DNA of 64,000 nucleotides from Octopus vulgaris (taxonomy: Eukaryota). Shown here piece after piece: positions 41,976 to 55,435 of this stretch (the stretch's first letter is position 1; each line of letters begins with the position of its first letter). Where the stretch lies: NCBI GenBank assembly GCA_951406725.2, contig OX597838.1:11036001-11100000 (forward strand). The letters run 5' to 3'. Position numbers and translations under genes: made by a program. The notes under the pieces are model-generated. The model searched no databases. It was not told the DNA's origin and saw only the letters and a list, made by a program, of their open reading frames with translations.

Positions 41976-43791
41976 CATCATCATCGTCTAACATTCGTTT
42001 CCCATGCTGGCATGGGTTGGATGGTTCAACTGGGGCCTGGGAAGCCAGGAGGCTACACCAGGCCCCAGTCTGATCTGGCAGTGTTTCTACAGCTGAATGC
42101 CCTTCCTATCGCCAACCACTCAGAGAGTGTAGTGGGTGCTTTTTACGTGCCACCGGCACAACAGGCCAGAGGAGCTGACATCGACCACAATCGGATGGTG
42201 CTTTTTACGTGCCACCAACAATGGAAGCCGGTGAAGGCGACACTTGCATCAGCCATGGGCAGATGGTGCTTTTTACATGCTACCGGCACAGGGCTCACAA
42301 CTACATTGCCGTCATTACCGTTAGCATTTGGTGCACTTATAATCAGTAATAGACTTTCTCTTTGTTTTTTTACACTTCCATATAAGGCTGTCTGATGTTG
42401 TAACATTGAATTTCTCTCATTACACGCACGGTCACCAGCAATGGTGGAGATGGTGTTGGTTGTTGTATTATATTCAAGACAGTATTGAACTCCAGTAAAT
42501 AGGAGTGAAGATAAGGCTTGGCCAACTAAATCAGAAACTGACCCAGAACCAGACAAACCAGTTAGAGAAAGAGAAAGTGTTCAGGGGGATCAGACAGAGC
42601 TCCTATTCTTTAAATCTTACTAATGAGATGACATTAGTTGATGAAAGGACACAAAAATGGTAATTAAGAAAAAAAAAAGAACAAAAAAAAAAGATTAGAA
42701 ACTAATTGCTTCTGAATAAGTATTGGGAGGTGTTAAGTTTTCTTTGCAACGATGGTTTTGGAGTTCCATCCCAATGCATGGCACCTTGTAAAAGTGTTTT
42801 TAATGAGAAGATTGCATTGTCCAAATGCCTTCTTCTAAGTGAAATTTGGTAAGCAAAAATTAGAGGGAAACTTGTCATGTAAGTATGTGCAGCCCTTCTC
42901 TCTCTCTCTCTCTACACACACACACATGCACACACACGAACACATACATACACATACACATATATATATACACACTCACATCAAATTAAATACACAACCA
43001 AAAGAGTTATAAATAGCTTCGTGTTATTATGTCACTTGAACAGGCATAGAAAAGATACATGTTCAAGTGACATAACAATAGGAAACTATTAGTAACATTC
43101 ATAGTAACTCTCTCTCTCTCTCTCTCTTTCTCACAGGGTAACCATGTACCTCCTCTATATCAAGACACCTATTTCTGCCCCCTATTTTTCTGTCACACTC
43201 TTACCTCTCATCATCTAATACTGGATCACCGCCTCCAATGCCCACCGCCATTATAGCAAGACACCTGTTTCTGCCTCTCTGTTATTCTCTAACCTTTCAT
43301 CATCTGATACTAGATCAACTCCTCTAATGCTCCTTCCGTTATAGCAAGACACCTGTTTCTGTCTGTCTGTCTCTCTCTCTCTCTTTGTCATACTCTAACC
43401 TTTCATCCTCTGACACAAGTTCCTCTCCTCAAATGCTCCTCTCCCTCTCATAATTCCTTGTCTTGTGAGTTACTTGGTGACCCTGTCAGTGCTGGTGCCA
43501 TGTAAAAAGCATCCAGTCCACACTGTAAAGTGGTTGGCATTTGGAAGGGCATCCAGCTGTAAAAATCATGCCATGTAAAAAGCACCGAGTCCACTCTGCA
43601 GAGTGTTGGTGCTAGGAAGGGCATCCACCCGAGAAAAAAAAAACCCCCTGCCAAACAGATAATAGCATAAGGTAGATTCTCTAGCTGGCCAGCTCTGTGA
43701 GCTGTCCTACCAATGCATGCATGGAAGATGGACCTTAAGCGATGATGATGATGATAATGTGAATTTTTTTACAGAATGTGTGTGTGTAAAT

Positions 43792-44170
<379 letters not shown>

Positions 44171-44391
44171 TGTAGTGCAGTATATGGTTTCATGGAATCC
44201 TGTGTGGCAATCACAGAAAAGCTTCTCTAGCAGACCCAGGTACTGTACCACATCATAATACAGTATGGAAGACTATAATGTAGATCCAGTAGATCCAATC
44301 TATAAAATTATTCCATGACATGTATTTAGAACATAAAAAGTTAGGAGGTATAAGAGGTGAGCATATTTATTCAACCACTTGATATTCATAA

Positions 44392-44548
44392 GATTACAGC
44401 TGTTTCACAACCTTCCTCATGTAATAATAATTTCAGTGTATAATAAATTATTTTACATGTCTGCACTAATATGCATGCTACGCATTACACAGTACAATTG
44501 TATAATTACTAGTCAATGCAAATATAGAAGGCTTGCTCTCTTCAGATC
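44392..44548 (-). ncRNA. Candidate hammerhead motif with very long stem II insert
   Basis: gat-CTGAAGA-ga-gcaagccttc...(about 110 nt)...gaaggttgt-GAAACAGCTGTA-atc; palindromic stem III ACAGCTGT. Confidence 0.5.
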
Positions 44549-45231
44549 ACCAGAACACCATTGTTACACCAATTCTTCAACTCTGCAGATTAGCTGAAAG
44601 ACAGTGCATTTCAACAGAAATTTGGTAACAAAAGGGCTAATCGTGAAACAAGAAAAGGGTTGACAACAGCAAGGATATGCAGCTATAGAATACTGCCTCA
44701 GTAGGTCTCATCTAACCCATGCCAACATAGAAACAGTAACATAAAAGTACTGATAATGATAATGAAGATGGTGGTGGTGGTGGTAGTGGTGGTGGTTTCG
44801 ATATTAATTCAGTCATTCTTATAGAAATTCTGTCTGCAGATAAATGTAAGCTTTTACTTTGAGCTAAGTAGAAGGATATAGCAAAACAGGAAGCTATTTA
44901 GCACACAATGGTTGATGAAGTCCATGGCTTTCTACTACTACTACACACACACACACACACACACAGACCATAATCTAACCTCACCATCACCATCATCCTC
45001 ATCATCATCATCAGAACTTATTGCAAAAGGATTTTCATCTTCAGAAGTTTTATCACTGCATCTTCGGGAGTAGATGCAGTTGTATAACATCGGTTGTCAT
45101 AGCAACTGTCTCCATAGTAAAGAGAAGTTTGCTCAGAGGTAATGTCTTCCAAAGATTTATTTGCAAGATTAACGTAGCTTAACACTCATCCCTACCACCC
45201 ACACAGCTTCACACCCACTGTCCTAGAGAAT

Positions 45232-45537
45232 TAGAATGGGATTGCACCTAGAAATTTCCCTTCTGGGGCAAAAGCCCAGGCAAGGTTGTTTATGGAAGCC
45301 CAGCGGTCGCCCATGCATACCAGCCTTTCCTCTAAATGACACCAAGGGAAAGGCAAAGGCTGATACAGCTTGGCACCAGTGATGTGTCATAATTCATTTC
45401 TACAGATGTGTGAACTGAAGCAACATGAAATAAAATGTCTTGCTCAAGAACACAACACACAGCCTGGTCCACGAATCAACCTCACTACCACATGACTTTG
45501 AGCTCAACACTCAAACCACTGAGCCATGTGCCTTTAC
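45232..45537 (-). mobile_element. tRNA-derived SINE family E
   Basis: Head ggcacatggctcagtggttt, CORE-like gttcttgagcaagacat; second copy about 61625-61880; head fragments near 11404-11467 and 62085-62140. Confidence 0.8.
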
Positions 45538-45629
45538 ATTTGGTAAAATCTAATGTGCAATAAATTGGTTATACTCTTACAATACACAAAATATTTTAAC
45601 AATTATTTTTTATACAATTCCTTGTAATA

Positions 45630-46038
45630 GGTGCAGGAGTGGCTGTGTGACAAGTAGCTTGCTAACCAACCACATGGTTCTGGGTTCAGTCCCACTGCGT
45701 GGCATCTTGGGCAAGTGTCTTCTGCTATAGCCCCAGGCCGACCAATGACTTGTGAGTGGATTTGGTAGACGGAAACTGAAAGAAGCCTGTCGTATATATG
45801 TGTATATATATATATGTATGTGTGTGCGTTTGTGTGTCTGTATTTGTCCCCCTAGCATTGCTTGACAACCGATGCTGGTGTGTTTACGTCCCCGTCACTT
45901 AGCGGTTCGGCAAAAGAGACCGATAGAATAAGTACTGGGCTTACAAAGAATAAGTCCCGGAGTCGATTAGCTCGACTAAAGGCGGTGCTCCAGCATGGCC
46001 GCAGTCAAATGACTGAAACAAGTAAAAGAGTAGAAAGA
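45630..46038 (+). mobile_element. SINE family A inserted in a hAT-type MITE remnant
   Basis: Full-length copy flanked by GTAATA on both sides (45624-45629, 46039-46044); host ends ...aagaaccactg near 46159. Confidence 0.9.
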
Positions 46039-46221
46039 GTAATATTTAATTATAAAAGTATAATAGGGTCTTTTAAAACATCAATTGGCTACGAGGGTCC
46101 ACTAGAGTAAAATAGCAATCAAAGGAATCCATAGGTAAAAAAATGGTTAAGAACCACTGCTTTATATTAACACAGAATGTATGAAAGAAGAACTAAATGT
46201 CTGAAAATAAGAATGGACATT

Positions 46222-46727
46222 CTGCGTCCCCAAAATCCATCCCCTCCTCACCGTGGTGGGGACGCTGGCAACAGGTAGTGTCAGAGCTATGCCGTCGGGA
46301 ACTTCGGTTCCTGGTAGGGCCACCCAAGGCAGATTGGTCTGACACCGAGTGGTATTAGGGCCACAATCCGGCAGACAGGGCTCTGGTGAAAATTCTCTTT
46401 GGTTCCTGGTAGGGCCACCCAAGGCAGATTGGACTGACACCGAGTGGTATTAGGGCCACAATCCGGCAGACGGGGCTCTGGTGAAAATTCTCAGAGTGTC
46501 TGTTTTGACAACTGGTGGCTCCTCGGTCGTTCTGTCCCTGCATCTGCGGACAATCTGCGGCAAACAGGATGTCTCTACATGCGGGATTGTTGGGGACCGC
46601 TTGTGAAATTCATATTCCCCACGAAACTTCTTCCACTGCCATGGTTCGAGATGCCTCGAGGGTGGCGGAAGAAGCCGACTCAACCCACCCAGGGTGAATG
46701 TCACCACAAATAAGTACAAGTAAGTAA
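46222..46727 (+). mobile_element. Non-autonomous RTE-derived element
   Basis: GC-rich; motif gagctatgccg...gtagggccacccaaggcagattggtc resembles RTE/BovB 5' UTRs (from memory); internal 95-bp tandem duplication; (AAGT)n tail; GACATT on both flanks. Confidence 0.75.
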
Positions 46728-46926
46728 GACATTTAAGATAATCTTATAAACAGGCTTTGGGCAGGCAAAGTTTTTAAAACTGTTATGGCTGTGGTTAATC
46801 AGCTATAGATAAAAAAACATAAAGAGTACCTAGCCAGTTTGCTTAGCAACAACAACTCAGAAAACATATGTTGAAATGAAAGGTAATTCATAAATGGTTT
46901 GTAATGCGACTCTTTTCTCTCTCTCA

Positions 46927-46971
<45 letters not shown>

Positions 46972-47692
46972 AGATGCACTCATGAGCAAATATAGACAAA
47001 ATTAACCATGATTGGAGCAGTAAGATTGCAGATAACATCAAAATAATGATTCATTAATAAATATAAATACAACAACAACAGCAACAACAACAATGAATGA
47101 AATGTGATTTTTTTTTCTCTTTTGGTTCTGTTATTGTTTAAAATACAATTTTCTTCTTTTTTTTTTTATTAAAGTATTTTGACTAATTAGTCGTGATCAT
47201 TAGCTCTAAAATGAGTGTGATAAACTAAATAACGAGGAATATCCATTGCAGCGAAAGGAGGGAACTTGATACAAAGAGGAGCCTTGAAGTTCGGCAAATT
47301 GAAGTTTTCATGAATGCAATACGTGAGTGTAGTTATCATGCATGCGTGTGTGTCTATGCATGTGCCCATGTGCATCTCTCTCTCTCTCACACACAATATA
47401 TAGGTGATAGAATAAACAGGAGAATTCATTTATCTTTTTATAACATCATAAACTACATACACACACATATACATACAGATATACATACACACACACACAT
47501 ATATGTGTATATACATGCATACATACACATATATACATATATATACATACATACACATAAATATACATTCATATATATACATACATTATATAAATATATA
47601 CACACATATATACATACACATATATATTATATATACAGATATATACGTTCACATACACAAAGACGGTTATATATTTAAACACAAAACACAAC

Positions 47693-47754
<62 letters not shown>

Positions 47755-48535
47755 ACACATATATATTGTATTTCGGATTGGTCAATTTGCCAGTTTAGCC
47801 AGTAAATATGTAAATATATATATATATATATATATAAACATACATACACAAGCACATATACATACAAATGCACACATACATAGATTGTGTTTGTGTGAGA
47901 GAGAGAGAATAATTATATATATATATATATATGTATATATATACACATATATATATCAGAACAGAAGTGGAATGATGCTATATTAGAGATTGTAGTCATT
48001 GCTTGCTTATCTTTTGTTTACTGGCCAATATACCTGTCTTCAGGAAACCAACAATTTGAACACTTAAATAGAAAGTTATTAATGTCAACAGGTGATGGAT
48101 ATGTTTTCTATCAGTAAAATCAAACAGCAGTTAGCTTTTTGTACAAGGGTCGTCCACTCAGAAACAGATGCTATGTTTTAATGTCAGAGACTGGAATTCA
48201 CATACTACAAGTGGTAAAGCACCAGACTTATTCCTTTAAGGCAGAGGGCTCTCAATCTTTTTTGCTGTGGCCAACTTTGCCTTTCATCTGTTTGGGGTCA
48301 ATTTTGCCTTTCATCCTTTCAGGGTCAATTTTACTTTTCATCCTTTTGGGGTTGATAAAATTAGTACCGGTTAAGTACTGGAGTAAATAAATTAGTATCA
48401 GTTGAGTATTGGGGGGATCAATGTAATCAACTATCCCCTCCCCCAAATTTCAGGCCTCATACTTACAGTAGAAATGATTATTATCATTATTAATATTATT
48501 TAAAATTATCTAAAACCGCTTGATATGGCCCCATA

Positions 48536-48583
48536 TGCAACTTAGTTTCACAGGCTTCTTACAGAACCCTAGCTCATCAGACT
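48536..48583 (-). ncRNA. Candidate hammerhead motif
   Basis: agt-CTGATGA-gctagggttct gta agaagcctgt-GAAACTAAGTT-gc; stem II imperfect, stem I weak. Confidence 0.5.
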
Positions 48584-49405
48584 GAGTTAACCGGATATCT
48601 GTATGTACCTGTCTTTATGCTTGTTCCCCCCCCACCACTTGACAACCAATATTGGTTTGTTTACATCTCTAAAATTTAGAGGTCCAATAAAAGAGACCCA
48701 TAGAATAAGTAACTAACTTAAAAAAAAAACACTAAGTAGACTGGGGTTGATTTGTTCAATTAAGGCAGTGATTTGTTCAATTCGAGGCAGTGCCCCAGCA
48801 AGGCCGCAGTCTAATGACTGAAATATGTAGAAGATAAAAACCTTCACTGTCACATCCTACACTACCATAAAGCCCCAGGTTCCTTTTTGCCAGTCGATTC
48901 CCATCTGCTGAATGGTAGAATACCCCTATGCCCTTCATCTTATTCTCGCTATGTTTTGTCTTATGGTTATTGACATCAATAATCAAATATAGACACCATT
49001 TTCAGACTGAAGGTTTCTTGGATAACTAATTCTAACTAATGTTACCTAGGCAACCAAACCCCACCTCTCTCTACAAATACACAAGCACATGCAATCTTCT
49101 TTGTGATTGCCTACACATTTTGCTGATTACTTTGTTACACCCTACCTTTTACCCATTTCAGCCATGTGGCTGTGGCCATGCTGGAATGAATATATATATA
49201 TATATATATATGTATGTATATAAAATTGCTATTTAGCAGAAGTAACAGAGTGACACAAAGGCCAAGAATTTTATGCATTGTTAACACTTATCAAACTTTG
49301 ATAAGTGCTAATGCATGAAACTCTCAGACCTTGTGTCACTCTGTTGCTTCTGCTAAATGATAATTATACATATATACATACATATATACATATATATATA
49401 TACAC

Positions 49406-49442
<37 letters not shown>

Positions 49443-49750
49443 TATACACACACATATATACATATACATATATATATACATATATATATATACATATTAT
49501 ATACATATATATAATATACATATATATAACATACATATACACATATATACATATATATATACATATATACATACATACATATATATATATACATACATAC
49601 ATATATACATACATACATACATACATATATACATACATACATACATATACATACATACATACAAATATATATATATATATAGTTCTATTTTTCCTGTTTG
49701 CATCACTAACCCTATATATATATATATATATTTGTGTGTGTGTGTGTATG

Positions 49751-49832
<82 letters not shown>

Positions 49833-51493
49833 GAAAAGGGAGAAAAAGAGGAAGTGAAATAATGATAGGAAAGAGAAACTGGAGAAACTGGAGAAAGTGG
49901 AAGCACGAATAAGACTGTATAAAGAGAAAAGAAGGGTGGAGTGGAGAGGAAGGGGAGGGGGGGTTTATCCTCTTTTCAAGTGAACAGTGTTCATAATTTG
50001 CAAGTCAAGTGGTATCAGTTAATATAATAATGAAGCATGAATTATCACATCAACAGAGCATTACGCCCAGAATCAATAGCCGTCCATCATCAATATATGC
50101 ATGGGAGTGAAGGCTTTGGTTCAATCTCAATATCTAAGGTATAAATGTTGTTGCCAAAATAAGTTAATAACTATTTTGCAAACCAAAGTTCCTGATGGTT
50201 GCTTTTTTTTTTTTTTTAGGAAACCTTGTGAGACTTCGTCTCCAGAGAACTGTTCCTCCAAGGGCCAATAATATGAGCAGCTCTCAGCAAGAGCCCTCAT
50301 TGTAGATTCAAATTTCTGGGTTACACAGTCAGTGAGCTCTGTTGGTGAAACCACATCATCATCATCATCATCTTTCAATGTCTGTTCTCCATGCTGGCAT
50401 GCATTGGACGGTTTGACAGGAGTTGACCAGCTTGAGGGCTGCCTGAGCTACATTTGTCTGTTTTGGTTTGGTTTCTGCCGCTGGATGCCCTTCCTAATGC
50501 CAACCACTTTACAGAGTGTACTGGGTGCTTTTCATGTGGAACCAGCATGGACACCAGCACAAAGCTTGAACTGCATCTCAAAGACAGGGTCTTCTGTTCA
50601 GGGCTACAAAATATTGCAGCCCACAACTGCTGATATTCAACAAGGCTCAAGTGAGGACCACTAACAAGCACTATTCCAACATCTACGACATTGTTGCTGC
50701 AATGCACTCAGTCATCATAGGTAACATCCAGTTTGTCTGATTCTACCAGTTCACCACTTCAGACTGCTACGTTATCAACTATAGAAGGATGAAAGGCAAA
50801 AGTTGGTCTTGGCAGAATTTCAACTCAGAACAACAAAAGCCATAATAAATACCACACAGCATTTCATCTGATGTTCTGACAACCCCTACCAATTCGATGT
50901 AAGAAACAGCAACTGAATCTCTCTCAAATCAAAGTCTACTGTCTTACAAAAAATAAAATAAAATAAAATAAAGAGGATTCAATGAATAACATGATCCTGG
51001 GTTTATAAGGTGGCAAGCTGGCAGAATCATTACCACACCAGGAAAAATACTTAGTGGCTTTTTGTCCAACTTTCCATGCTGAGTTCAAATGCCACTGAGG
51101 TTGAATTTACCTTTCATCCCCTCAGAGTCGGTAAAATAAATACCAGTTGAACACCAGAGTCAACGTAAATGATTTACCCAATTCCCCAAAATTTCAGGCC
51201 TTGTGCCAAAAATTTGAAACCAATATCATCCTGTGTGCCATAATGCCTGGGGAAAAAGACAGGATGGAATGTCTCTAATTGTTAATCTGCACAATCTCAG
51301 GGTTAAGCTGACCTGTAATTAAACACCACCATCATATCATTTTTTTAATCATTTTATCAAGTTTCAGCTCACGAGCTGTGGCCATGCTGGGGCACCGCCG
51401 TCATCTACCTCTTTCTTAACAAGACAGGACAAAACATCTGTATGAACCACGTAGAAATTAACTTGATGTAACAGTATCTAAGATATGTATTTA

Positions 51494-51879
51494 TCTCTCT
51501 ATATATAAACGGCAGTTTGTCTGTGCGTGTTTCTGTGTGTCTGTTTGCTTGTACCCTCACCCTGACCACGGCTTTCAACCGATTCTGATGAAACTTGACA
51601 CACACATAGCCCAATGTCATAATTCAAAACTAACGCAGCGAAAATTTTGAAAAGTTCCCCCAGTTCTGAAAAAAATCAATAAATTCGACATGGGGTCGAG
51701 AATCAGGAACACAAACCACAAACTGTGTAGGGGACGCAACTCCACCTTTTTTAACTATCAAAAAAAAATTTACCATCATTTTTTCCCCATTTTTTTGCTG
51801 TTTTTTGGCTATAACTCTCTAAAAATGCTTTATAGTTATTTCCCTTACAAACCTGAGCAACGCCGGGCGATACTGCTAG
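51494..51879 (+). mobile_element. Non-autonomous Helitron
   Basis: a|TCtctctatatataaa...cctgagcaacgccgggcgatactgCTAG|t; same 3' end as the 15863 copy. Confidence 0.85.
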
Positions 51880-52623
51880 TTGAACAGTAAACCTAATCAT
51901 CAACTGGTGAACTGGCTTAAGACCCCAGCAGCTACTGGCCACCACATAAAAGCTATTTTCGATTGGTGGTGATGGATTTACCAATTCAAAATCTGCCAAA
52001 TAGCGCCAGTGATGACTATTACAACTAGCTCATTACTTGAAATTGCACTTGTCAACAACTTACAATGAAACAGCTATTAAAATATTGAAGAAAAAGGAAA
52101 TAATAATAATAATAATAATAACAATAATAATAATAATGATGATGATAAATAATAATAATAATAATAATAATATAAATTTGGACAGAGTTATTTCATGCAG
52201 AACAGATATGTTGATGTCAGTTGCTTTGGAGTGACATGAAAAGCAGTCTATAAATTGGAAAATGCAACTTGCACACAGACAGAAATACATACATACACAT
52301 ATATACACAAACATAAATTGAGCAAACACACATACATAAACTGCACATACACATACACAGACATATATAGTGTATATACACACATACACATTTATAAATT
52401 GTGCATACACACAAATATGAGCGCTATTTCATTTGCAGAAAAAGGATTTGCTTCTTTTTTTTTTGTTGTCCTCCCATTTTCTGACTGAAATGATCGGATC
52501 AATGAAATTAACTGGCTTTAAAGATAAACCACTGAACCTATTAAACATCTAAGATGGTGCCATACCACTAGGTGTTTATTGGACAAAAGGGGTCATTTGA
52601 ATGGAAGCAGACACTGAATCAGT

Positions 52624-52662
<39 letters not shown>

Positions 52663-52797
52663 TCATCATCATCTTCGTTTAGCGTCCGCTTTCCATGCTA
52701 GCATGGGTTGGACAGTTCAACTGGGGTCTGGGAAGCCAGAAGGCTGCACCAGGCCCAGTCTGATCTGGCAGTGTTTCTACATATGTAGGTATGTATG

Positions 52798-52838
<41 letters not shown>

Positions 52839-52840
<2 letters not shown>

Positions 52841-53215
52841 TTTTACTTGTTTCAGACATTTGACCGGCCATGCTGGAGCACCGCCTTAAGGGGTTTTTTA
52901 ATGAAAGAAATCAAACCCAGAGCTTATTCTTTTCCATGCCAAGTACTTATCCTATAGTTCTCTTTTGCCAAACCGCTAAGTTACAGTGACATAAACACAC
53001 CTCCATCACTTGTCAAGTGGTGATGGCTGTGGGGGAGAATTACCCAAACTCACACACACGCACACACATATACAACAGGTTTCTTTCAGTTTCCTTTGAC
53101 CAAATCTACTCAAAAGGCTTTGGTCAGCCCAAGGCTATAGAAAAAGACATTGGCCCAAGGTGCCACGCAGTGAGATTGAACATGGAACCATGTGGTTGGG
53201 AAGCAAGCCATGACT
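52839..53215 (-). mobile_element. Older SINE family A copy
   Basis: Diverged reverse copy; similar ones at about 2070-2290, 18415-18800, 20970-21118, 58825-58975 and 63030-63258. Confidence 0.8.
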
Positions 53216-54273
53216 GCACTTATGTAGTGCCAAATGGTATATTCCTGGTTATGGCACATAACTGGTTACCATTGGTTTTTGCGCATCTGCTATTGCGTTT
53301 GGCAGTATCGATGAATGAGACATGTGAGCTGGAAACATATAGCCTCTGTAATGCTGAAGGTAAATATACAGTCTTGGTCAGCTTGGTGCTGTTTAATTAA
53401 TTAACTAATTGATTGCTTGATTAATGGTTCAGTTAATCAAAAATCAGTTCTGTCAAAGTCATTTGGTCACCATCTGCAACCCACCTCATCAATGACGCAG
53501 TTTCTGTTCCAGGTTTGTCTGCCTGTCCTGAAGCTAGTCAATGGGTTAAGTAAGTTAATCAACGGAAAAATAAATAGTAAAGAAGTGAAATAGAACCAGT
53601 GTGTGTATCAATTATTGGCAAGATGATCCTTCTGAGATACAACAATCATGTGTTTTCAAATTTAGGTACAAGTCCAGCAATTTCAGGGAAGTGGGTAAGT
53701 TGATTACATCAACCCTATTGATCATTATTTTATCAACCTTGAAAGGATGAAAGGCTGAGTGTACCTCAGCAGAATTTGAACCCAGAGTGTAAAATGGCCA
53801 AAATGCCACTAAGCATTTTGTCTGGCATGCTAATTTTTCTCCTGCATTACTTATGTCATATCCATTTGATTCGGATACATAATCATCACTCATTTTTACT
53901 TTCTTCTTTTCTATGTTGGCATGGGTTAGACAAAACTTCTTAAGATGGAATTCTATGGCTAGATATCATTCTTGGCGCTAAACAATATATATTTTGAAGT
54001 AAGGTACGTTATTTCAATGGTCTCCATGTCAAACAGCAGTCGGATATTTTCTTTGTGAAAGATATAAAAATAGGATCAGGTAGGGCTGTGTGAAAAGAAG
54101 CTGGCTGCCCCAAAAATAATATAGCAACGTCATCAGACCTTGAACAACCATAACCCTGTCATCACTGCAATTGGATATGTCAATTTCCCATCGGGCCTTA
54201 TCAGCCCCGAATGAGCGTGTAGACAATATGGACAACAGCCTTCCTAATGTTCATCAGTGAAGTGATGCCAAGA

Positions 54274-54323
<50 letters not shown>

Positions 54324-54395
54324 CATACACACACACACACATATACATGTATATATATCTATATGTATATCATGTATATATGCATGTATATATAA

Positions 54396-55242
54396 TCAAA
54401 TTCAATACAAAGAAAACGGTTTCCTTTATAGGGATGGAAAACATCCAATTTTCTTCAATTTTTTCAATAAATACCCAATATGGCAACTCAAAAGGGTATA
54501 TATTCAATATACAAAAATTATAATTTATTAACATAAAATTATATTACAATAATAATATAATACAATGAATAGAAATAAAAATATCAATCCTACAAATCGT
54601 TTCGATTCATATCCAAAGATGAATTTATAAAATTCAGATTTATGCGTACGAATCTCATCGGAAATATTTGACAAAATTAAACAAAATTACATGTAAAGAT
54701 TGTTAAATCCAGTCGTTTTATGAATTAGATCCTGCATGTAATTTAAAAGAAATGTCTTTTAAATATATATCAATCTATTTTACTGGCAAAAAAACATGAG
54801 TATTATTACTCAGGTAATATTTAATAAAATTCAATACAAGGTAAAACAGTTTCCTTTATAGGGACAGAAAACATTCAATTTTCCACTGGTTTTTCAGTAA
54901 ATACGCAATATGGCAGAGAAAACCTTTTCAAAACTCAAAAGGTTATATGTTCAATATACAAAAATTAAAAGAAAATGGAGATTTATGATTGACATATTTT
55001 AAATATAATCTATTAACATATTATATTGCAATGATAGTATAATTTTGTCAAATATTTCTCTAATGAGATTCATATCCATAAATATGAATTTTTTACAAAT
55101 TCATTATTGGGTATAAATCGAAACAATTTGTAGTATTTATATTCATTATATTATATTATTATTGCAATATAATATCATTTTAATAAATTCTATTTAAAAT
55201 ACCTCAATCATAAATCTCCATTTTCTTTTAATTTTTGTATAT
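54396..55242. mobile_element. Penelope-like pseudo-LTR cluster (direct plus inverted partial repeats)
   Basis: 54396-54560 repeats at 54826-55030; 55040-55242 is an inverted copy; two hammerhead remnants; (TA)n flanks. Confidence 0.7.
54588..54668 (-). ncRNA. Degenerate hammerhead motif (inverted homologue at about 55051-55137, + strand)
   Basis: CCGATGA-gattcgta...tatgaatc-GAAACGATTTGTA; the second copy reads CTAATGA-gattcata...tataaatc-GAAACAATTTGTA; their consensus is CTGATGA. Confidence 0.65.
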
Positions 55243-55247
55243 ATGTG

Positions 55248-55291
<44 letters not shown>

Positions 55292-55352
55292 TATAAAATT
55301 TATGAATAAATGAAAGAATGGAGTTGAACGACAAATTAACAAATTTCCTTTA

Positions 55353-55435
55353 TTTTCGACATATGTTTCGAAGGCTGCATATTCCTAATTGTGAAGGAAT
55401 AAGGAGTACATTATGCCGCTTTCTCATCAGGAAAA
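55353..55435 (-). ncRNA. Type I hammerhead ribozyme motif, intact core
   Basis: ttttc-CTGATGA-gaaagcggcata..tatgcagccttc-GAAACATATGTC-gaaaa: stem I, core, stem II, palindromic stem III ACATATGT, GUC triplet. Confidence 0.85.

Noticed and set aside
42300-42556. Unique part of ORF 42143..42556
   Set aside because: In-frame stop just upstream, no convincing acceptor, and it runs into a family C repeat.
50580-50780. Minus-strand frame with two in-frame TGA codons (possible selenoprotein)
   Set aside because: No recognisable selenoprotein motif or SECIS element; more likely decayed sequence.
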